Positions 38,401-48,478 of a DNA stretch of 62,334 bases are shown here, piece after piece. Each line of letters opens with the position of its first letter. The first letter of the stretch is position 1. The position numbers and the translations under genes are program-made. Source of the stretch: a virus (lineage: Duplodnaviria; Caudoviricetes); IMG/VR virus record IMGVR_UViG_3300000101_000013, positions 1 through 62,334 of that record. The stretch is one strand, 5' to 3'. Below the pieces are notes generated by a model. That model searched no databases and was not told the origin of the DNA. It was given only the letters and a program-made list of their open reading frames with translations.

Positions 38401-41012
38401 ACTGATCCAAAGCTACCGTATGAGTTGTTACCGTTAGTAGCACGTATAACACCACCTGATTCAGCTAGATATCCAACCGCACAATAGTATGTAAATACTG
38501 ACACTAGCTCAGCTCGTGCATTGTTTAAAATATGTGCGCCAATACCATCACTTAATACTTGCGTAAAGTCATTTGATGTCATTGACTTATTACCGCCATT
38601 GTGTAATGCGCCGTCTACTTTTTTACCATAACAACGTTCGCCGATATTTGTTATACCCTGAATGTAAGGTGATCTATTAGCAATCCAAACTCTTTCATCA
38701 GCCGGTCCCCAACCTGGATCAAGTGCAACACATGCACCACCTGTTGGTCTTTGATAAATGTCGTAAACTCCTGGAGGATTCAATCCACCAGTTAGTCCTT
38801 CAATGGTCATTTGGCGTAAGCCTGTTGTGTCTCTAACTCTAAACATATCAGTTGTACCAGACCCTGTTACAGCTCTTGCATATCTGTTAGCAGCATTAAT
38901 AGTACCGTATGTTCCTGGATATTCTATATCTCTTATCATTGCTCGTATAAAACTTTGTACGTCATTTCTAATACGTAATAAGTCACCAGTAAAATCTGGG
39001 AATACTGTTCTAATATATCCGAAACAATCTTGCACAATGTATTCTTTATTTTGATCTAAAATTGCAGCTGCATATGTTAATCCAGTATCTGTACTTTTTG
39101 TGTTAGTGCCACTCATTACAGGATCTGTTGCTCCGCTTGCTGATAGGAATTCAATTCTGTTAAAGTAATCTAATTTACGCTGTGTTATTAATACATATGC
39201 ATCGTTAGATCCTGATGGTAAGTTTCTTTTTTGTTCAATAGTATTTCCGCTTTGTGAAACTACTTCTTGGTTTACTACAATTTTCTGTGCTATACCTATG
39301 AAGTGTGAAATAATGTTATTATGGAATGCTGTGTCGTTTTGATAATCTGCTATGGGTCCTGTAGCTGCTATCGTAGTTGCACGTAATTCGTCGCCCATAA
39401 CAACACATCCTGCTGGAATACTTATAGGTCCAATTTCTTCAAATCTTCCTGTTGATACTGCAACTTTAGTTGGTACTAGTGGATTAAAATTATCTTCAAT
39501 CCATTCACATGCATGTCGTACTGTACGGAATGGGGTTTCTGGTTCTCTACCATATGTTTCCTGGTCTTTGCCATTTAATCCAACATATACAACTTGATTT
39601 TCAAAATCTCTGTTACGCCAAAATATTTCTTGTTCAGCTGTTACACTTAATATTTGATTTGTTTCGCCAATCCCTACTCTTGCATCTCCAAGTGTACTAT
39701 CGTCTTCGTAGTTGTCTTTTCTCCAAGCACCATATGTGAGTAAATCACCTTTGGTTGTAAGTGCCGCTGGCTGTCCTGCTTGTACTGTTAAATCCCAGTA
39801 ATTATAAATTCCTACAGCAAAGTCTCCTGGTGCATTTTCAAAATTAGATGCATGTTCAAAGTTAGCTGTATATGTACTACCTAAGTGATAAACAACATCG
39901 CCTCTTGAGTAGTATGTATTATTACCCCAAGTTCCGTTCCATTTTTGTCCTTTAGTAAGTAAGTTCCATACTTCTGGATCTAGGTCAGTACTTGCACTAT
40001 CTTTGCCATCTTGTAATCCTACATCTCTTACTGCTTCATATAAATAACCACCACGCTGTACAATGTCGCCTGCTTGATATTCGTTTCCTAATGCCCAATC
40101 ACCAGCAAAGTCGTTACTTTTAGCTAAGACTCTCCAGTTAATTGTAGAGTCGCCACCTAAATCTTGTGATACAACTTTACCTTGTGCATCAAGAACAGTA
40201 ACTAAACTTGGTTGACTGTCTTGGTTATTGTTTATGGCACTGTATAAAAATCCGCCGTATCTTACAATATCACCTATTGAATAAACTACTAACGATGACC
40301 ATTCATTTTTAAATGCAGTACCCGGAAATGTAATTGTAAAGTTTGTATTGTCAATTGAATTACCTTCTGATGTATGCGTAGTATTACATTCGTAAATTGC
40401 TCCACCAAATGATACTGTATCATTAACTCTATAAACTGTGCTAGTTAACCAAGCATTGCGCCATTCTTTTCCTGGATGAAAAATGTCCCAGCAATTAAAA
40501 TTAGGATTAGCATCAATGCTTTCTTCAAGTGTTGTGCCTGCATCGTGTGCAAGTTTACAACGATATACTATACCGTTATATTTTACTAATGCTCCTTCGC
40601 CGTATCCTGTACCAGCAACCCAATTACCTACAAAGTCTATACCGTCTCCAAAGTCTTCCCAATTAGTTAACTGTGTTGCAAAGTTAGTAGAGGTATGCGG
40701 TTTAATACATAAGTGTAATTTACCGTTAAATAAAACTATTTCTCCTGGAACGTATTCAACACCAATAGTATAATCGCCGCTAAACGTTTTACTACTAGTC
40801 ATTACAATCCAATATGGTGCAGGTGCAGGAGGATTAGATCCTGGAAGTATTCTTGCTAATTCATTTCCAAATTCTGTACTTGAAGAATGACTTACAATAC
40901 ATACATAACTTTTACCGCCGTTGTAAACAATGTCGTCTTTTAAGTATTCAGTACTTATAGCCCATTGGCCCTTCCATGTATACTTAAACCTGTCTAACTT
41001 AAATTCTGCCAT
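35433..41012 (-). CDS. Giant virion structural protein (unsplit paralog of 33171..35396 plus 26149..33171)
   Basis: MAEFKL start, Trp repeats, GDELR, DPGWGP.DERVWI..RSPY.Q, propeller repeats, shared C-terminus. Confidence 0.8.
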   Translation of the reverse strand: MAEFKLDRFKYTWKGQWAISTEYLKDDIVYNGGKSYVCIVSHSSSTEFGNELARILPGSNPPAPAPYWIVMTSSKTFSGDYTIGVEYVPGEIVLFNGKLHLCIKPHTSTNFATQLTNWEDFGDGIDFVGNWVAGTGYGEGALVKYNGIVYRCKLAHDAGTTLEESIDANPNFNCWDIFHPGKEWRNAWLTSTVYRVNDTVSFGGAIYECNTTHTSEGNSIDNTNFTITFPGTAFKNEWSSLVVYSIGDIVRYGGFLYSAINNNQDSQPSLVTVLDAQGKVVSQDLGGDSTINWRVLAKSNDFAGDWALGNEYQAGDIVQRGGYLYEAVRDVGLQDGKDSASTDLDPEVWNLLTKGQKWNGTWGNNTYYSRGDVVYHLGSTYTANFEHASNFENAPGDFAVGIYNYWDLTVQAGQPAALTTKGDLLTYGAWRKDNYEDDSTLGDARVGIGETNQILSVTAEQEIFWRNRDFENQVVYVGLNGKDQETYGREPETPFRTVRHACEWIEDNFNPLVPTKVAVSTGRFEEIGPISIPAGCVVMGDELRATTIAATGPIADYQNDTAFHNNIISHFIGIAQKIVVNQEVVSQSGNTIEQKRNLPSGSNDAYVLITQRKLDYFNRIEFLSASGATDPVMSGTNTKSTDTGLTYAAAILDQNKEYIVQDCFGYIRTVFPDFTGDLLRIRNDVQSFIRAMIRDIEYPGTYGTINAANRYARAVTGSGTTDMFRVRDTTGLRQMTIEGLTGGLNPPGVYDIYQRPTGGACVALDPGWGPADERVWIANRSPYIQGITNIGERCYGKKVDGALHNGGNKSMTSNDFTQVLSDGIGAHILNNARAELVSVFTYYCAVGYLAESGGVIRATNGNNSYGSFGSVADGNDPLETPDAGTVNNRVNEAIVESAFAGGSADELFLFQYENTGEQYTNATATIIGAGDNATVEYVDFRDGGVFEPRLINTKGSGTEGGSGFKVIASSAQITVDATSTIRLNANDPTQFTSDIQDMRVIITSGRGAGQYAQLNVFDSVTRDVTVTKESDGTAGWDHIIPGTDLVPDFDSTTNYRIEASIIANAPTFTANSGNLPAARNWLGATWGYQTVVYTNITVGIGTGETFDDEAVAARFNVERKGQAYNLTKVGAGAGYAVGDKLTILGTAVGGATPANDIEVEVLSVSDDSTNAIVTFSSKGTTRGKRAVAIADPNFTAYSDDGATWTEGNLPNVGDWRKIVAGQDAYVALENNTSNVAFSYDGETWIQRALPGTDNWTDIAFGGGRFLAIAEGSNAVATSTDGLTWTSGTIPASDDSTTAQWQKVEYGQGQFVVLSGSDQQSAVTTNGSAWTLYLNALPAGEYDWAGFAYGDNRFIGVTFSGKTVYSLDRGQTFKLGTQIPQLDGVDIQIKDFIYGQGVFMAVGDKSIVGTGAPTPAADETDRCATTEDGIIWTERNMNSNARLYSTLLFANPGSVGTFIAFGDQTSSNGITSMNAGKRAKFKANIFQGAYNNILIWDPGSGYSDTNPCSLTIVDTTFVTGLEVDMRYGNGVLSQPSFIDRGAGYRSSSSTITLAGDGYADIIPEKNEVVIDGVNVVPGPGVQIRFSTLPNLLTEDPADLALYTGVGITDLGDDGSGNGTKSVKFTITPRLRNENNMLHGTAVTLRSGYSQCRITGHDFLDIGTGNFEETNYPTLYAGGAFFTSAPENEVEELNGGRVFYVSTDQDGNFRAGELFSVQQATGIVTISAEFFDLDGLSQLSLGGVRLGGSGAVINEFSTDGTFSADSNNIIPTQKAVATFLADRLSVGGSDLETNGIVAGTVKVGTDTNEISTTTDGYLNIPRVVDFSGKDANGNLTAVQGTIISQMLFSREFVSEVQGGSS

Positions 41013-41013
41013 C

Positions 41014-41448
41014 TTAGTATCCTATCTGTTCGCTACTTGAGTTTACAAGCACTAGTGAATCGTCACCTGATCCGTATCCCGGTGAACTTACTTTATCCGG
41101 GTAAGTATATGCTTCTGAAATTCTTTGTATAAAAAACCCTGTTTCTTCTTCAATGTAATATAACAAACTTCTGTTTTCCCATTTAAATTGTTGGTAACGT
41201 AAGTTTGGATATAACTGCTCATGATCAATATCAATGCCGTCTAAGAAATCAATACCTTCTTCAAAGTCTGGATAGTTTTCTGATGCAATACCTAAGTCGT
41301 TAACAATAACAACATTTTCCTGACCTAAACGCAACTGATCAAGTTGTTGTAAAAATAATTCGCCGTCTTCGTTTCTACGTAGACCATAAAAATATCTTTT
41401 AATAAATCCTGCTGCTACATCACTTGGTGTTGTTCCTATATAATACAT
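41014..41448 (-). CDS. Hypothetical virion-module protein
   Basis: 144-aa ORF, TAATG-coupled, between structural genes. Confidence 0.65.
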   Translation of the reverse strand: MYYIGTTPSDVAAGFIKRYFYGLRRNEDGELFLQQLDQLRLGQENVVIVNDLGIASENYPDFEEGIDFLDGIDIDHEQLYPNLRYQQFKWENRSLLYYIEEETGFFIQRISEAYTYPDKVSSPGYGSGDDSLVLVNSSSEQIGY

Positions 41449-41777
41449 TATGTAATCTCCACGTAACTAATAATAACGTCTACTGAATCGTCAAGTGTTG
41501 CTGATACATACATTGCATTACTAGTTGCTAATATTAATTTTTCGCCGGATGATACTGCACGTAAACTTGTGCCTGAAGGAAGAATAGAATCTTTTAAATA
41601 AAATCCTCTTGCGCTATCCTGGCTTTGTAGTTCTACGTTAACATACACGAACTTATCAGTAAGATTAGTAAAACTTAATCCAATTACTGTTGCTCGTGTA
41701 GCACCATTAGTTTCAATAACTTTTACTGGTGTTGTTCCTACGTTTTTTACTACTTCATTTCTAAAAAAAGTTGCCAT
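41448..41777 (-). CDS. Small beta-rich virion protein (paralog family)
   Basis: TVIGLSFTNLT...ILPSGTSL...GEKLIL...VDVIISYVEIT. Confidence 0.65.
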   Translation of the reverse strand: MATFFRNEVVKNVGTTPVKVIETNGATRATVIGLSFTNLTDKFVYVNVELQSQDSARGFYLKDSILPSGTSLRAVSSGEKLILATSNAMYVSATLDDSVDVIISYVEIT

Positions 41778-41787
41778 CTATATTTCC

Positions 41788-44700
41788 TTATCCCATAAAT
41801 AAAACATTTTCAATTGCAATGTTTGTTGCGTCGATTGAACTAACCGCTCCGCTCAAACCTGCTACACTAGTCCAAATACTACCATCAAAAACTTCAACTC
41901 TAAGATCAGCTGTGTTAAAACGTATCATGCCTATTTCAGGCGTTGCTGGTCTATTTAATGATGTTCCTACTGGTATAACTAATCCGTATGATCCGTCGAA
42001 TTTATAATACGCATTAACTCCAGTTTTTTGGAACTCCATTATGCCTTGAGGTACTGTATGTGTTATAGTGTTGTCTTTGATAGCAAAATTATCAATTACA
42101 ACTGAGCCTGTTCCGTTGGGTGATAAAACTAAGTCTAAATCTCCCGACGTTGTATTTATCACATTACCATCTATGCGAATATTATCTATTTCAATTTGAT
42201 TTGCATTAAATCCGTTAGCATCTACACTAAAAACTACATCATTTTTAACATAAAATCTAATTATATCGTCGTTTGCGCCTTCTGTTAATTCAGCTGTGAT
42301 TCTAGTATCTCCGTTGATATCCTCAACACCTTTTAGGTTAAACCAATTAGTTCCATTAAATCCTTCAAATCTTGCTAATTCACTATTGTAACGTAGTTCT
42401 CCTGCTACGCCAGCTGTACGTTGTGCTGTTGTTCCTGTTGGAAGTCTAATTGCTCCTGATGAATTAAAATTAATTAATTCTGAACCAGCGTCAAATACCA
42501 TATCGCCTGTAGTTGAAATATTATTTGTTTCAAATGTAAATCCTTCAGCTACAACACTACCTGTTCCGTTTGCACGTAATTCTAAATCTGCATTAGATGA
42601 TGTAGTTGTAATAACATTTGTATTAATGTTAACATCATCAACTTGTAATTCTGATACCCAAAGTTTTGACCAACTATTTGTATTTGTTCCTAAACTAAAT
42701 GTGTTTGTACTACTTGGTACTAAATTACTATTAATACCTGCTACAATTTCTATACTATCTGTACCTTCATCACCAATAGTAATATTTCCGCCAATAGTTA
42801 CGTCACCGCTAACATCTAAGTTACCAGTAATATCTACGTTGTCTAATAGATTAATTACTCCGCTACTACTATTAAGATTAATATCACCTACGGTACTTGA
42901 TAATGTATTTCCAGTTAGTCTTAAATTTCCAACATCAATGCGTGATCCGTTTATAAAACTAGTATCTCCGCCTGTTGTAAATGTTGCACCTGTTGTTAAG
43001 TCAACAGTAAGTGCATTTGCTGTGAAACTAACAGTACCGGCATCTTGGTTTACATAAAATAATTCACCAACTCTAAAATCACCTTTATGGTCAACTGAGT
43101 TATATCTTACTTTTGCGTTGTTTAATTCGACAACTTCGTTTGCTTGTATTACTGTTCCTGGGTCGTTAGTAACTTCTTTTCCGTTACCAATGTATGCCAA
43201 ATTTTGTCCAATTGCATATACAATAATACCCGGGCCGTCTCCGTAAATACCAAAGTTACCATATACACATGCAGAACCAATCATTCTTATTTCTGCACCA
43301 AAGTCGGCTAAATCTACATTTTCTATTGTTGTTGCTGTTGCACCTGCACCATTTGAAATGCTTTGCGGAGTTGTGTCAAATCCAATAAAGTTTGTGTTCT
43401 TTCCATCTACGACAAGTATATCATTATCAACACTTTCAACTGTTACAGTTTGTACAGTACTTGCATCAGCTGATGTAAATGTAACTGTATCTGCGGCATT
43501 AAATGTGCCTGTTATTCCACTAAGTCTAATACGTGTTTTACCATCACCTTTTAGACCAGTTGCTCCATCAAGTGCGTGTATTCCTTTATTAGCAAAATAT
43601 GTAAACGAGTTTAGCCATTCTATTCTAACGCCGTTTGTTGCTGTTAATGCATCAACCCCTGGTGTGATAAATGTTACACTATGGAAAAGCATGCTTGCTT
43701 CTTTGCTTGCTGCATTTGCAACTGATCCGTCAGCTAAAATACCTCTACCAGCATCTCCTTGATTGAACCCTCTTGGATCTTCTGCTGTTGTTACACTACC
43801 TGCTGTAATAACTGTAATATTTTTTATGTAAGGTGATCTTGATGTAACTGTAATATTATTTGCAAATCTAAATGCATAACCTGGACTAAAAAATCCTGTT
43901 ATTGTTAAATCTTCAACAGTTGTTTCGCCGTTTAATAATATAGCATCATTACTGTTAGTTCCTGCTGTAGGTTGTATTGTAACTGATCTTATTCCAGCAC
44001 CTTTTAAAGCAACACCAACCGGAATAGTTAATGGAAATACTTCTGTATATACTCCTGGAGTTACCATTACAGTATCACCTGTTGTTGCTAAACTTAGTCC
44101 TTGTACAATGCTTGCTACTGGATCTTGCGGATGTGTACCTGTATGAGCATCGTCTCCGTTTTCACTTACATAAATTATATTACCTTGTCTAAGTGTAAGA
44201 TCAATATCACCTATACTTAAAGCTGTAGTGTTTACAGTGTCAGCATATAAATTATTTACATGCACGTCATTCCAAATTCTTCCAGCTTCACCTAATGTGT
44301 AGGTATTAGATTGGTCAGGAACAATATTACTTGCTATATCTGCGTTGATAACAAGATTATCAGTATCAGCGTCACCTAGTGTAATGTCACCATCAGCTGT
44401 GATATTGCCAGTAGCATGGATATTGCCAGTGACATTCATATCAGAATGTACATGTACTTCGCCGGTGCCGTTTGGTCTAAATTCTAAATTAGCACTAGAA
44501 TCGTTAGTGCTTATTACATTACCCTGAATGTCAATGCCATCAATTCTTGCTTTGTTTTGATAAACTATGTTATCAAGAGTACCTAAGTTTAAATACTGTT
44601 CTGAGGTACTGATTGTATTGCCAGTTACATTAATATTTGCTATGTCTAAATTATTATCAACATTAATATTAGTACTTCTCATTGTACCAGTAATGTCTAA

Positions 44701-44844
44701 ATCGTATTGGGGAGATGAGTTTTTAACACCAATGCGCTGATTGTTTACATCTAAATATAATAAATCTGTCTCAAATGCTAAATCTATTCCATTACGAATA
44801 AGATTCGACTTTAAGAGCGGACCCGATATGCGACCTACAGCCAT
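41788..44844 (-). CDS. Large tail-fibre-like structural protein with a pectate-lyase-like beta-helix
   Basis: MAVGRISGPLL start; IYVSENGDD...PGVYTEVFPL...RSPYIKN; N.DL.L..NGTG.V repeats; two GTxxxRP/R motifs. Confidence 0.75.
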   Translation of the reverse strand: MAVGRISGPLLKSNLIRNGIDLAFETDLLYLDVNNQRIGVKNSSPQYDLDITGTMRSTNINVDNNLDIANINVTGNTISTSEQYLNLGTLDNIVYQNKARIDGIDIQGNVISTNDSSANLEFRPNGTGEVHVHSDMNVTGNIHATGNITADGDITLGDADTDNLVINADIASNIVPDQSNTYTLGEAGRIWNDVHVNNLYADTVNTTALSIGDIDLTLRQGNIIYVSENGDDAHTGTHPQDPVASIVQGLSLATTGDTVMVTPGVYTEVFPLTIPVGVALKGAGIRSVTIQPTAGTNSNDAILLNGETTVEDLTITGFFSPGYAFRFANNITVTSRSPYIKNITVITAGSVTTAEDPRGFNQGDAGRGILADGSVANAASKEASMLFHSVTFITPGVDALTATNGVRIEWLNSFTYFANKGIHALDGATGLKGDGKTRIRLSGITGTFNAADTVTFTSADASTVQTVTVESVDNDILVVDGKNTNFIGFDTTPQSISNGAGATATTIENVDLADFGAEIRMIGSACVYGNFGIYGDGPGIIVYAIGQNLAYIGNGKEVTNDPGTVIQANEVVELNNAKVRYNSVDHKGDFRVGELFYVNQDAGTVSFTANALTVDLTTGATFTTGGDTSFINGSRIDVGNLRLTGNTLSSTVGDINLNSSSGVINLLDNVDITGNLDVSGDVTIGGNITIGDEGTDSIEIVAGINSNLVPSSTNTFSLGTNTNSWSKLWVSELQVDDVNINTNVITTTSSNADLELRANGTGSVVAEGFTFETNNISTTGDMVFDAGSELINFNSSGAIRLPTGTTAQRTAGVAGELRYNSELARFEGFNGTNWFNLKGVEDINGDTRITAELTEGANDDIIRFYVKNDVVFSVDANGFNANQIEIDNIRIDGNVINTTSGDLDLVLSPNGTGSVVIDNFAIKDNTITHTVPQGIMEFQKTGVNAYYKFDGSYGLVIPVGTSLNRPATPEIGMIRFNTADLRVEVFDGSIWTSVAGLSGAVSSIDATNIAIENVLFMG

Positions 44845-44965
44845 TTTTTCTCCTTATACGGGCATCCTGTGCCTCCAACCTGTTCAAGCATTATGCTTCT
44901 ATCGCTGGTTGACCGCGGTTTGTAAGTGCAAAACAATGGTCGCTGTTTTGCATTATTAGTATTTA
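44845..44965 (-). promoter_or_regulatory. Late-type promoter motif and structured 5' leader
   Basis: TAAATA (44965..44960), then hairpins at 44927-44952, 44886-44898 and 44861-44873 before the AAGGAG RBS. Confidence 0.5.
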
Positions 44966-44989
44966 GTTGTATTTGTAATTTTAGGTGTG

Positions 44990-47911
44990 TTATCCTAGGA
45001 CAATGGACCAAATATTAACCTGGTCTTCTTGATACTCTATAGTTACACTTTCCCCAGCACCTGTAGCTGGGATCCATTCTTGGAATTCACCTTCTTTGTT
45101 ATCAACGCCAGCATACACTTCTAGAGCTTTTACGTCTGCTCTAGCATTGAATCTAGTATCACCAGTTTGTGGATTAGGCCCTCTAGTGTCATTACCACCA
45201 CTTGGCATAACTATTCCTGACGCTCCTCTAAATGCAAAGTACCCGTCATCGGTTACAAATGTCATAGGTCCGCCGTCAGTTATTTCTAAAATGTTATTTT
45301 TTATTTTTAAATCTTCTTGTACAAATTTGCCGTTGCCGTGCATAGCAAATTGTAAATTACTATTTGATACTTCTGTTGAAATAGTGTTGCCATCTAATTT
45401 AATATCATCTACACTAAGAGCTCCAAATAAGATACTGTCGCCTGTTATGTCTGCCATTAATGTAGAAGAATCTATTGCATCTACTGCTCCATTTACTATA
45501 AATCTAATGTTGTTTGATGTAGGATCAGCTGTTACGCTAGTAAGTCTGTCTGAAGAAAATATACCGTTAAATGTTATTGGAGCATTGATAGTTTGTCCTT
45601 CAAATCTGTTTGAATCTGTACTGTATCTAATTGATCCTATTGCAGGCGCACCAGAAGAATCAGCGTTTAACCTTTGTCCGTCTGTGCCTGTAGGCAATTT
45701 AATTGATCCTGTAGTTGCAATGTTAAAATTAGTATTTGTAGTAAAATTTAAATCATCAGCTCTAGTAAAAAGTTTATTTTCATCTACAGCTATATCTTCT
45801 AATAATACCGCGCCAGTGCCTTGAGCTCTAAATTCTAAATCGTTATTTGTTTCAGTAGTTGTTATAAAAGTATCCTGTATCAACACATCATCTGATTGTG
45901 CAGCACTTAACCAGGCTTTTTTCCAAGTCTTACTTGCAAGTCCTAAACTATATGCTCCACTAATATCTGGTACAATATCTTGATCAATTTCTTGTGCAAA
46001 GCTAATTGTATCATTGGCATCATTACCGAATCCTATTGCACTTCCACCAATTGTAAAGTCTCCTGACATTACAACATTACCGGTAACATTTGTATTGTCT
46101 AAAAAGTTTATTATTCCTGCTGCACTATCAACATTAATACTTCCTGGACTACTAAACAATGTATTGTTTGTGATTATAAGATTACCTGTTGATGCTTGTG
46201 CGCCGTTTAAAATACTTGTAGATCCACCGGTTGTAACATTAATTCCGTTGAGTGCATTTACTTGTGCTTCTGTAATAACTATACTTGATTCGCCACTTTC
46301 TAAATCAACAACAAATTGATCTCCAACTCTAAAATTACCTAAATGGTCAGTTGACGAAAAGTAAATATTGCCACTGTTAAGCTCACTGGTTTCTTGTGTT
46401 TGTAAAGCTCTACTAGGATCATTGTCCAAGAATTTACCACTTCCGATATATCCAAAGTTGTGTTGTATTAGATACATAATAGTATCTGCACCGTCGGCTA
46501 CTGCTCCGTAATTTCCGTAAACGTTTGCTGAACCAATAGACCTAATTTCAGCTCCAAACTGTGTTGTTGATCCGTCTGTACTTAAATGACCAGTTACTCC
46601 TCTAACAGCATATAATCCTCTGTTTGCAAAATATGTAAACGAGTTAAGCCATTCAACTCTAACACCATTTGTCATAGTAAGTGCATCAACTCCTGGTGTG
46701 ATAAATGTAACGCTATGGAATAACATACTTGCTTCTTTACTAGCACTTAAAACATTTGCTCCATCAACCAATGCACCTTTACCTGCATCACCTTGTGCAA
46801 AACCTCTAGGGTCGCTTGCACTTGTTACACTACCTGCTGTAATTACTGTTACGTTTTGTATGTAAGGACTTCTACTACTTACAACAGTATTAGATGCAAA
46901 ACTAAATGCATGCCCTGGACTAAAGAAATCTTTTATAGTAACATGTTGAACGGTTGATTCGCCATTCATTAAGAAACAGTTATTTGTATTTGTTCCTGCT
47001 GTTGGTTTAATAATTACACCACGCATGTTATGTCCAACTACACTTACGTTAGTTGGTATTTCTAAAGGAAATACTTCTTCGTATTCTCCAGGAAATATAT
47101 GTATTTCGACTGGTCCTTGTATACTTGCATCAGCTCTTGCTAGTGCTGCTTTGATAGTAAGCATAGGACCTTGTACATTGTCTCCTACTGCTGAATCACT
47201 TCCGTTTTTGCTTACATAAAATATGTTACCTACACGTAATCCAAAATTTGCTGTCTCAGCAAGAATAGCACTTGCTTGAACGGCTTGAGTATTAACTAGG
47301 TTAGTATGTAATTCACCCCATTCTTTGCCAGCACTACCTAAATCATATGTGTCTGTAGTATCAGGTAAAATGTTATTTGGTATGTCAGCATTAATAACTA
47401 AATTATCTTCTGATCCGCTACCTAATGTAATATTTCCGTCAAGGGTTATGTTAGATTGTGAATGTAACCCGCCAAATACTTCTAAATTAGTAGGTATTTC
47501 TGTTGTACCTGTGCCGTTTGGTCTTAGATCAATATTTGAATTTGTATTATAACTTTTAATACTATTATCATTAATTTCAATTTGATCTGTTGCTAATCCT
47601 GATAAATTTATTGTTCCGCCAACAGCTGCTTGTAATACAATTGGAGAATCTAAGGAATTAATGTTACTTCCGTTGCCCCAAGTAAGATTTCCTATTTGTA
47701 ATTGTGTAGATGCGATCATACTAGGCATCTTAGACATGCCTAATACTTGTACTTCGTCAGTTGTTGTGTTTGAATTGAATCCTAATTTAAGAGCTGTTGC
47801 ATCTAAATGAAGGAGAGATGTATCACTAAGTGTGTTTTTAACATTTAAATTAATTCCGTTACGTTCAAGATTTGCTGCTAATAACGGTCCGGATATTCTA
47901 CCTACTGCCAT
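44990..47911 (-). CDS. Large tail-fibre-like structural protein (paralog of 41788..44844)
   Basis: MAVGRISGPLL start; near-identical SKEASMLFHSVTFITPGVDALT.TNGVR.EWLNSFTYFAN block. Confidence 0.75.
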   Translation of the reverse strand: MAVGRISGPLLAANLERNGINLNVKNTLSDTSLLHLDATALKLGFNSNTTTDEVQVLGMSKMPSMIASTQLQIGNLTWGNGSNINSLDSPIVLQAAVGGTINLSGLATDQIEINDNSIKSYNTNSNIDLRPNGTGTTEIPTNLEVFGGLHSQSNITLDGNITLGSGSEDNLVINADIPNNILPDTTDTYDLGSAGKEWGELHTNLVNTQAVQASAILAETANFGLRVGNIFYVSKNGSDSAVGDNVQGPMLTIKAALARADASIQGPVEIHIFPGEYEEVFPLEIPTNVSVVGHNMRGVIIKPTAGTNTNNCFLMNGESTVQHVTIKDFFSPGHAFSFASNTVVSSRSPYIQNVTVITAGSVTSASDPRGFAQGDAGKGALVDGANVLSASKEASMLFHSVTFITPGVDALTMTNGVRVEWLNSFTYFANRGLYAVRGVTGHLSTDGSTTQFGAEIRSIGSANVYGNYGAVADGADTIMYLIQHNFGYIGSGKFLDNDPSRALQTQETSELNSGNIYFSSTDHLGNFRVGDQFVVDLESGESSIVITEAQVNALNGINVTTGGSTSILNGAQASTGNLIITNNTLFSSPGSINVDSAAGIINFLDNTNVTGNVVMSGDFTIGGSAIGFGNDANDTISFAQEIDQDIVPDISGAYSLGLASKTWKKAWLSAAQSDDVLIQDTFITTTETNNDLEFRAQGTGAVLLEDIAVDENKLFTRADDLNFTTNTNFNIATTGSIKLPTGTDGQRLNADSSGAPAIGSIRYSTDSNRFEGQTINAPITFNGIFSSDRLTSVTADPTSNNIRFIVNGAVDAIDSSTLMADITGDSILFGALSVDDIKLDGNTISTEVSNSNLQFAMHGNGKFVQEDLKIKNNILEITDGGPMTFVTDDGYFAFRGASGIVMPSGGNDTRGPNPQTGDTRFNARADVKALEVYAGVDNKEGEFQEWIPATGAGESVTIEYQEDQVNIWSIVLG

Positions 47912-47942
47912 GATGTCTCCTTATGCAGTAGTATTTATTGCT

Positions 47943-48476
47943 TTACTTGTCAAAGTTATGTAGTACAGTAATAGGTTTTGTTAAATCTGGAGCTGATCCA
48001 AATTTAATATACCAGCCGTCTGCATATGGTTGATTAGGACCGACTAAATTTCCGCTTACACTCTGTACTAACGTATAGTTTGTTGTTGCTATTTGAAAAA
48101 CATTTTCTACAAATACAAGAACATTTTGAGCTGCTGCTGGAACTGGATAATCTGCATCACCGCTTGCTAGTGGTCCAAAAACAGTTTCTGTTGCATCTCC
48201 GTTACCTAAATTTTGTTGCGTAATACCCGGATCTTGATTTGGTTCTTTAAAACGTATTTCTCTCCAGGCTCCGTTTTGATATGATTCAAATTGATCATCG
48301 TCAGTATTATATCTTAGATGTCCGTTATTTGGAGTTGTTGGTCTTTGTGCTTCAGTTCCTTTAGGAACAAGCATAGTATTTGTACTATCAAAAATAACCT
48401 GACCATTGACATCATACTTAACTCCGTTTCCGTAAATATTACGTAGGTTAGTATTTTGTGCTTTGAGTAATCTCAT
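47943..48476 (-). CDS. Structural protein (baseplate/fibre-associated)
   Basis: GTEAQRPT.P..GHLRYNTD motif; GNGD...F...VLVFVENVFQ...F..AP domain. Confidence 0.65.
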   Translation of the reverse strand: MRLLKAQNTNLRNIYGNGVKYDVNGQVIFDSTNTMLVPKGTEAQRPTTPNNGHLRYNTDDDQFESYQNGAWREIRFKEPNQDPGITQQNLGNGDATETVFGPLASGDADYPVPAAAQNVLVFVENVFQIATTNYTLVQSVSGNLVGPNQPYADGWYIKFGSAPDLTKPITVLHNFDK

Positions 48477-48478
48477 TA

